In this document: positions 55,721 through 64,000 of the stretch, in pieces
Layout: the number at the start of each line of letters is the position of its first letter
Position numbering within the stretch: position 1 is the first letter of the stretch
From: Antechinus flavipes
Taxonomy: Eukaryota
Direction of reading: 5' to 3'
NCBI RefSeq assembly: GCF_016432865.1
Contig: NC_067398.1
Coordinates: 48,608,001-48,672,000, forward strand
Length of the DNA: 64,000 bases
Position numbers and translations under genes: made by a program
The notes under the pieces: model-generated
Database searches by the model: none
Told to the model about the DNA's origin: nothing
The model's input: only the letters and a program-made list of their open reading frames with translations

Positions 55721-57651
55721 GAACCTTTGTTCCTTTCCCTCCATCCATGCCCCGAATTGTTCATTTTGGGTCCAAAGTGTCTAGCTAAAGCCTTGAGCTC
55801 TTTTCAGTTTTGCCTTTTTTCCCAATCTTTCTTACACTTCACAAACCTACATCTCTCATGACAGGATCAGACAAGATGCATCTTAAGATCTTTTCCCTTT
55901 TAAATCTATGATCCTATGACCTCTTAATCAGAAACCCACCTGGGTAGCAAGAAAGGTATGTTAGCATTTTCTAGCTTTTGTTGTTTTCTCCAAACACAAC
56001 TATATTCATAATGTATTTGTATGATTCTGGGGGAGGGCATGAGGGAAGGATGAAGAGTTTAGTGTAGGAGTTGATTATGGGTACAAAAAATCTTATAACT
56101 AAGGCAGAATTGTTAAAAATCTCCCAATGCTCACCCTGCGTCTTTTAAATTATGTATTTGCCTGGGTTCTGGCACAGATTACTTACTCCCTTTTGCTCAC
56201 AGGTTCATTCATGCCTTTTGTCTCATCAGTTTGATTTTTTTTTTCCCCAAGGATAAGAAATCAATTTTTGGGAAGCCGATTGTCTTCCCAAGGATCAGTG
56301 AGGGCTAAGTTGTATTAAGTTGTCTTTCCTCCTCGCAGGGTCCTTAGAATGTGGAACTGGAAGGACAACTACAAGTTTTAGACCAGTAAAAAAGAGCTCA
56401 CATTTCTATGGTGCTTTAAGGGTTACAAAACATAAATAAAAATAAATAAATAAATCAGTAAAACAGCTTCTCCTTACTTAGCCAAATTTGCCCATTATTT
56501 AAGGCTTTCTCCAACTAATCAACAGGCTATATTCCCAAAGTGAATTTATAAACTAGTTTGGAACTTGGTGTTTCCCCAAAAAATAATGTTATAAATGTTT
56601 ATGTTTCCATGAAAGTTCAGAAAAGCCTATTTAATTGGGAAAAAAAAAAAAAACATGCTACACAAGCTTCCCATTGTTTGAGAAAATATATTTTAAATTT
56701 TGACTGGGAAACTGAGGAACATACCAATCCCTCCGTGTACTAACTTGCTAATAAAGGAACAATCTTGTTTCCTTCCCATAGTACCTAGGGGACTTTCATT
56801 TTCCCTTTCCCTAACCTCCTTCTCCCCTAGTTCTTCCCCCATGCCTTTCCGTAACAACAGAGGGATTTCTGGCCAATGTGAATCTTCAAGCCGGAAAGAT
56901 ATCGCTAAGCCCAGTGGACTTAATTTAATTGGACCATCTAAATCACTAAGCTTTTGCTCCTGCCAGCCCCTTTGCTTATACTTTTCTCAAATAACCCCAG
57001 CACTTCTAGGCTAGACCTTGAGTACCTGAGCATATTCTGCACTGTTTCATTGTCTAATTTTTCACACAATTAAGTCTTATCTCCTCAAGAATATGGAGAG
57101 CTCCTTAGGGTCAAAGACTATGTATCTTTGTATCCCCCATAGCACCCAACACATCTCTAGGCACACAGGAAATGCTCACATCAGGAAGGTTCTGGGTCTT
57201 CATGATTATCCCTATCTGACTGTTGCTTTTTTATCCCCGCCCTCCCATGTGGGTTCCTTCTTTCTACTGCAATAGATGACACTGGAACTTGTATTATATT
57301 CTTAAAAACCAGAGCAGTCTGTTTACTCTAAAGTTCACACCTCAGAAAAACACAGGGTCAAAGTCCTTGAAAGAAAAGAGAGGGAAGAAGGGACAACAGC
57401 CAGACACAGGAGAGAAGGGAAGCCTAGGCTGAGACACCGATATGTCATGTGGAGCCAAGCGCAGCCTGGGGCCAGCTCCTGTCCAGCTGAGCCTTCCTGC
57501 TCCCTTGCTGGGCATTGTCTAAAACGTCCGGTGAAGAGGGGCAGCCAGCAGAGCAGCTCCCGTCCATTCTGCCAGAGAAAGCCAGCAGGCTCTTCCCATT
57601 CCTCTAGGCACCAACATCTGGGAGAATGAGAAGAACTGCGGGCTGGGCTAA

Positions 57652-60600
57652 CTATCCATCCAGAAGTTTGAGGATGCTCTCCCGCTCCTTCAGCGTCTTC
57701 CAGGCCTGGTCCTTCTCCTTCTTGGTCGGGGTCCTCTTCTTCTGCCGGGCAGCCATGATCTTCCGGAAGGCATCCATGACTTCGTTGTCTGCCATGCGTA
57801 CCCGCTGCCTCAGCTCCTGGCGATTCACTTCCTCTTTGGCCAACCTACAAAGACCAACACATGTGTTCAGTCCCCTAGCTCGGGAAGCATCTCCTACTCT
57901 TCTCCTTCAACATCCCAACCAAACTGCATCTTCTAAAAGCCTTCCTAGTCTGGACCAAATCCATCCATTCCACACCTAGGACAGCTGAGTCTCCAAGCCC
58001 CATTCCACTCAAAAAACAAAACAAGAAAACTTAAAAAAAAAAAATTCTATCCAGCTGCTTGATTCCCAAACAACACAATTCCAAAACACCCCAAGATTCT
58101 GGCCAGAGGCTTGGGTTTGATCATGAAACAGTCATTTAGGCAGTTCAGTGAAACCTGTGGATCTCTTTTCAGAATGTTTTTAAAAGCACAAAATGCAATA
58201 AAAGGATCACTAAGGAAACCAATTATATTTAAAGTTTTAAAATATTAAAATAAACACTAAGTTCACAGACCAAGCTAAAGAACAGCTATTTCAGAGGGAT
58301 CTGAAAACTGTAAGTTATATATTCTTGTCTTCTTGTCACTCTGATTTATCCCATTTTTCTTGTTTTCTTGCTTTAGACCATAAATACCCATATAGAATCA
58401 AGCACACTTTGTCCATGTGCTACACAATGGGCCTGTTGGCTGTCACTGGGGATGCCAAAGGCAAGTAAGGTTCAGTCTCTCCTCTCAAGAACTTGGAACC
58501 TACTCACTTCTTCTCTAATAGATTAAAGGAGATTCAAATAGGACCCAGACTTTGATGCTAATTAGCCATGGACATCAGTCAGGCCACCTCTCTTTGGACC
58601 TCATGAGATGCACAGAGGGAGGAGAGAGGATATGCAAAAAGGAACAAAGCAATTTGTTACTACTGAATTAAACTCATATGGTTTTAAAAAAATTGTACAC
58701 AGCAGAAGGCCATAGTTTCTTGCTCAATTCTCTTTCCTATTCTTCCATGTCTTGAAATGTTTGTAATTACTGACTACGTTAAAAAAAAAGAACAAAATGA
58801 GTAGGATGAAATACTGTAAGGTGAAGTTGTATGTTAAGTTTTGCAAACCTTTTTTCTTTGAAAGTCACTGAGCAGAGAACAGAGGTGTACATACAGAAAT
58901 GACTGTGATGTAACAACAAAAGACATCAACAAAACATTTTTTAAAATGATGATTTGGACCAGATTATGTCTAAATCCTTCCAGCTCTAACATTCTAGGAT
59001 TTTCTCCCACAACATTATCCCCTGATGTTCCTGCCAGAGTTATTATAAAGCTGGATCGATTATGCACCTGCCCCATCTGTTCATGAGTCCTAAAAGCATC
59101 CAATATGTAGCTCAGTGGGTGCCCCCAAATACCCCAAACAATGATGATTCCACACTGATGAGGATGCAAAGTAAATAATCTGAGACACTCTTAGTCTCCA
59201 TGACCAAGTTCCATCACCTGGAACCCAATCTCTGATGAGTGATAGCCTCATCAGTGATAGCCAAATGACACCCTGCCACTCAAAAGTCTTTCCGACTTTG
59301 TGGTACCAATCAAGGCTTCAATGGCAGAAACTTTTAGAATTCAAAGTCACCTTCACCCTACAAGGAAGCATCACAGAAAGATTTTAGGGAGCCCAATGTC
59401 AACAGCTTATGTTCCCTTAGTGACAACTCCACTGCCGTGGGGGACACTTTCAGAGGGTAACACGGCCACCCAACAAGGTGGGAAGTAACTGACTAGCTGT
59501 GACCTAATTCCCACTGACCCTCCTGTGCTCATGCCCACCTCAGGAGATCATGCTTCTTGGTTCGGTTGTGGGCGCTGAGCGCCTTCAGTTCAGCCTGACG
59601 CTTCCGCAGCTCAGCCAGGACCTCGTCCTCCGAGTCCTCAGCCGGCCTGTCCTCTGACTCCAGCAGGCCCTGGGCTATCAGCTCCTCCTTGATTCGCCCC
59701 TCCAGAGACTTCGTATGGGGAACACTGTGGATGGGTCAGATGGTCACAGTTACCTAAGCTTTACAAATGACGCTGCCCTCTTCCATTAAAGGGCCAGCCC
59801 TGCAATGCTTCTTGATTTGAGCAGCAGCTTCTGCCACTCTCTGCTCCCCACAGGAAGCCAGAGACCTGGAAGAGTCAGCTGGTCTTTAGAAAAAAGTAGG
59901 AGCAGATGCTGGGCAGGAACAGGGGGAGGACAAGCAGAGAAGGGACCACTACTCACCTGAATGGCTTGTTCTGATTCCGAGGAGAGGTACTGGCACCATC
60001 GGCTCCAGACTCCTTGCCAGACACATCTGGGATAGGGGAATCTTCCATGGGGGAGATGATGTTTTCCTAAGAGATTATAAAAGCAAGACAAAGGCAAGGA
60101 GTATAGTCTCAAGCTTGGCTCGGTCCCCCACCACTCACCTTCCCTGTACCTCCCAGATTTTGACAGGTAACCCCTTCAACAAATCACAGCGCCTCTCTGA
60201 GATGCCCTGCTCTTGTCTACCTTTCTCCAGGAAGCCTTCCCAACTAAGAGCAAGGGTTCTGGTCACTACAGCAAACACCCTTTTCCCTAGCAGTTATGAA
60301 TGAAAAAGGTAGCCAGCTATGGCTTGAAGATACTGAATTTCCAAGTTTCTCCTTAGGTGTCTAAGCTGTATCCCTCCTCCTTCCATAAGGCTATGAGTTC
60401 TCCGGACAGTCCATGCCCATTGACCTCCCATGAAAAAGGGTTCCACATAATACTGACCAACTCTTAGGGCTGCAGCTCTGGCAGTAAGGGACCAGAGAGG
60501 CCCTAATTTTAGAGGTGAGGAAACTAAGAGCCACAATGGCTTGCCCAAGGTCACATAGGTAGTCCTGTCAGACTGTCTCAGTCTGGTTTCTACGTCCCCT

Positions 60601-62415
60601 GCACTAGGGCGTCGGGAGAACGCCAAATCTCTGGATCCTCACCTCCACCAAAGCCTGTAAGAGCCGTTGAGTCAGAGGACCAAAGGGACACCCGTCTTCA
60701 GGCTGCTCATGCTGCGCCTCTGATTTCTTAAGGAGAGCGTCCACATCTGGAACCAGAGAGGAGTAGGGGGTGTAAAGGGGGCAGAGGATTGTTGGGCACA
60801 GCTTAGACACTTTTCCTGGTCTTACAGGGATGAAGAGAAAAAAGGATATCTGACGAGTCTTAGGAGAATACCTTTAGTGTCCAGTTCGGTCAGTGGTCCC
60901 ATAATGCCCTTCTTCTTGTCGGCTACGGCTGCTGCCCGGGCCCCATCCTTCTGTTCTTCCAGTAAATCCTCCTGGGCCCAACGTTGGGAATAGTGCTTCC
61001 CCAGGGGTGGGATCTGCACGGAAAAAGGAAGCAACCAACCTCAATAGTACAAGAACCAGTCAAACTGAAGAACCTTTGGAGTGGTTATTCCTTCCTTATT
61101 CAATATGTTTCAGAACCAGAGCTTGAGGTGGTCTGAGCTTCCAACTAAGACACTCCCTGCCCAAAGCAGGGTCAGACAAGGGGTGGTGCTGAGAAAGGTC
61201 TACCTTGTAATGCTCAGCCTCATCTTCTGGGGGCTTCAGCAGCTCTTCCAGCGTTCGTACTTCCTCACTGGTGATGTCGGCACAATACGGCTCCACGGAA
61301 GCCCAGAACCTGGGAGCAGAGCCTGGCCCTGAGCACAGACAGTCCCCTCGCCTATTATCAGCCACTGTATTAAGTGCCTGCTTGATGGCTGGTCCCATCC
61401 TACATGCTTATCCCAGAGAACAATGACAGCCCCCAGGATATCAGAAGCCCCCAGGGGGTCCCTCCCAATTCCTGATAACCCCTTTCCCGACTTCTCCCAG
61501 CCCTGCACCTGTTAGGAGCATCATTCTTGGGAATCCGTGGCACATCAATGGGGTCATCTGTGAATTCATATTCTTGGATCTTGGGCTGGAGGTTCTTGGA
61601 CTTGGGCCGGCCAGGGCCAGGGCCAGGCCCATGACCTGCCTTTCCTTCCAGCTTCTGCTTTTTGGGCTTGCCATGTTTTGCAGGGGCTCCCAGTTCATGG
61701 TCCCGGCCCAACTTCAGAAATCGTCGGTCACCCTTCTTATCCTGCCAGTCAGTCAGGATCTGAAAGACACATGGTTAGTTACTGAGGAAAGGAAGTCAAG
61801 GGAGTTGCTTTCATCCCAAGAAAAACTGGAATCTTAGTGACATAAACCCTTAAGAAATGGAAACTATTATTCAAATATTCCTCTCGACAGCCTTCCTAGG
61901 CAATACGTGATCCTATACTGCCAAAGCCCTTCCCTGCCCAACACTCCCTGCAATTCATATTGCGGTCATGGTGTTCCTATACTTTCTTTTACATATAGCC
62001 TGCCTGCCTCCCACATGGGGAAGCTTCCTTTGTTTTGTCCCGAACGCCCCAGAATACTCACAGCCCTAGCACAGTAAGGCTGCTCAGCCTTTACTAATCT
62101 AATGCCGATTCCCTATTTTGGCTTCACTATCCAATCGGCACCCCCTCCCCTCTCCTTCTACCTTGCCACCTGACTCCAGAGCAGGGACAAGTTAAAGGAA
62201 GGAGTCACCTGGGTCTCGGCCTCCAGCACCCGAAGACGCCGGCTGGCCGAAGAAAGCAGGTTCTCCAGCTCCAGCTGCAGAGTATCGAGCTCCTCAATGC
62301 CGATGCCATCGTCTTCTGAGCGGGCCAGCACCGCTGTATAGCGAGGACATACCTTCAAGTGGTCCACCGACTTGAAGTCATGGAACTGCAGCGGGCAGTC
62401 CTTGAGCTCACTCAT
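57652..62415 (-). CDS. TADA3: Transcriptional adapter 3 (SAGA/ATAC HAT module), 432 aa
   Basis: Exons on -: 62415-62209, 61759-61509, 61309-61204, 61013-60872, 60746-60643, 60066-59957, 59724-59539, 57844-57652. Total 1299 nt. Runs MSELKDCPLQFHDFKSVDHLKVCPRY ... ERESILKLLDG-stop. Confidence 0.97.
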
Positions 62416-62759
62416 GGCCCTCGTAGGCTCTAAAGGGCTGGAGAGGAAAACAGTCAACTGACAAGAACTGGGAAGTGGCATGGGTCAGGAGGACCTCTGG
62501 GGAGGTGGGCCTTCAAGGTTGGTGACGGGCCAGGGCTAGCAGCCTGAATGTCAGAAGTCAATAGTAATTCTCTCCACTTCCAATGTCATTACTCTCTTTG
62601 AGGCAGCCTCTTTTCTTCAAAGGTGACCCTAATTCTACCTACCAGTTCTTGTCTTTATTCATCCTCCCTCACAAGTTATTGCCCCCGCCCATAACCCCAA
62701 ACCTTCTCCCTTCTTCCCTTCTCTTTTCTTTTCATTCTTCTTGTTCCTCATTCAATTCA

Positions 62760-62870
62760 ATAAGCCTTCATTGAGCACCTACTGCATACCAGGCACTGTG
62801 CTAGATACCACAAATACAAAGATAAAAGAGAAAATAATCCTTGCCCTTGAGGAATTTATATGCTACTGAG
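62760..62870 (-). mobile_element. L2 3' tail
   Basis: ttgagcacctactgcataccaggcactgtgctagatac. Confidence 0.65.
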
Positions 62871-63151
62871 GGGAAATCATATATATCTATCTACATGTAT
62901 GTATGTGTGCAAATAGGTCCTAAAACATACACAATAAATATAAATTAGTTCGAGGGATAGTTTGGAGGAAATTGACACAGTTATTTTGGGAGTTGACATT
63001 TAAACTGAATCCTGAAGATCCCAGGGACAGCCTATGTAAAGATGTTGAGATAAAATGGCAAATACTGGGAAGTATGCATGGGCAACTAAGGCAAGTTTGG
63101 CTGGGAAGCAGAGCTCTAGAGAAAGAAAAATGAAGTCATAATATAGAGAAA

Positions 63152-63983
63152 TTTTTTTGTGTGCATGAGGCAATTGGGATTAAGTGATTTGCCCATTATA
63201 CCCCAAAGAGATACTAAAGAAAGGAAAAGGACCCGTATGTGCCAAAATGTTTGTGGCAGCCCTGTTTGTAGTGGCTAGAAGCTGGAAAATGAATGGATGC
63301 CCATCAATTGGAGAATGGCTGAGTAAATTGTGGTATATGAATGTTATGGAATATTATTGTTCTGTAAGGAATGACCAGCGGGATGAATACAGAGAGGACT
63401 GGCGAGACTTACATGAACTGATGCTGAGTGAAATGAGCAGAACCAGGAGATCATTATACACTTCGACAACGATATTGTATGAGGATGTATTCTGATGGAA
63501 GTGGATCTCTTCAATAAAGAGAGCTTTAATTGATCAAAGATGGACAGAAGCAGCTACACCCAGAGAAAGAACACTGGGAAATGAATATAAACTGCTTGCA
63601 TTTTTGTTTTTCTTCCCGGGTTATTTATACCTTCTGAATTCAATTCTCCCTGTGCAACAAGAAAACTGTTCGGTTCTGCACACCTATATTGTATCTAGGA
63701 TTATACTGTAACCCATTCAACATGTAAAGGACTGCTTGCCATCTGGGGGAAGGGGTGGAGGGAGGGAGGGGAAAAATCAGAACAGAAGTGAATGCAAGGG
63801 ATAATGCTGTAAAAAAAATTACCCTGGCATGCGTTCTATCAATAAAAAGTTATTAAAAAAAAAAAAGTGATTTGCCCAGGGTCACACAGCTAAAAAGTAT
63901 CAGAGGTATCTCAGGCTGGATTTGAACTCAGGTCCTTCTGACTTTAGGACCGATGCTCTATCCACTGCACCATCTAGGTGCCC
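63152..63983 (-). mobile_element. Mar1/WSINE-type SINE split by the L1 (63152-63195 and 63865-63983)
   Basis: gcaattgggattaagtgatttgccca / gggtcacacagct...ggatttgaactcaggtcc...tccactgcaccatctaggtgccc is continuous once the L1 and one TSD copy are removed. Confidence 0.85.
63196..63864 (+). mobile_element. 5'-truncated marsupial-type L1 (end of ORF2, 3' UTR, poly-A)
   Basis: Peptide YPKE...CAKMFVAALFVVARSWKMNGCPSIGEWLSKLWYMNVMEYY is the L1 ORF2 C-terminal domain; G-rich tract, AATAAA, A-tail and 14-bp TSD AAGTGATTTGCCCA. Confidence 0.92.
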
Positions 63984-64000
63984 TATGTGGAGGAATTTAA

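Noticed and set aside
51600-57600. Search for a hidden gene or a TADA3 poly(A) site between CAMK1 and TADA3
   Set aside because: AT-rich DNA with old repeats and no exon chain; several candidate minus-strand AATAAA/ATTAAA sites, none assignable
63184-63495. 103-aa ORF as a host gene
   Set aside because: It is the L1 ORF2 C-terminus

Overview
Eukaryotic (vertebrate) genomic DNA, most likely marsupial judging from the L1 3' end and Mar1/WSINE-type SINE. Gene order matches human 3p25.3: MTMR14 3' end (+), CPNE9 (+, 21 exons), BRPF1 (+), OGG1 (+), CAMK1 (-), and TADA3 coding exons (-; its non-coding exon 1 is not visible in the window). I traced the coding exons by hand, and splice phases close into intact reading frames. 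The most unusual observation lies in CAMK1 introns 1-3: a chain of same-strand, splice-site-flanked, stop-riddled protein-like segments running from an RFX X-box and ATG (47013-46992) to an open terminal exon and AATAAA (43788-43445). This may be a decayed nested gene whose identity I cannot determine. Other notable items are a degenerate duplicate of CAMK1 exon 3, a possible calspermin-like internal CAMK1 promoter, a 3-nt CPNE9 microexon plus an RE1 site, a spliced BRPF1 uORF, an OGG1 lacking the human N-terminal decapeptide and carrying Ser at the Arg46 position, a bidirectional poly(A) signal, and an L1 inserted into a SINE with a 14-bp TSD. Comparisons to human proteins are from memory, not database searches.
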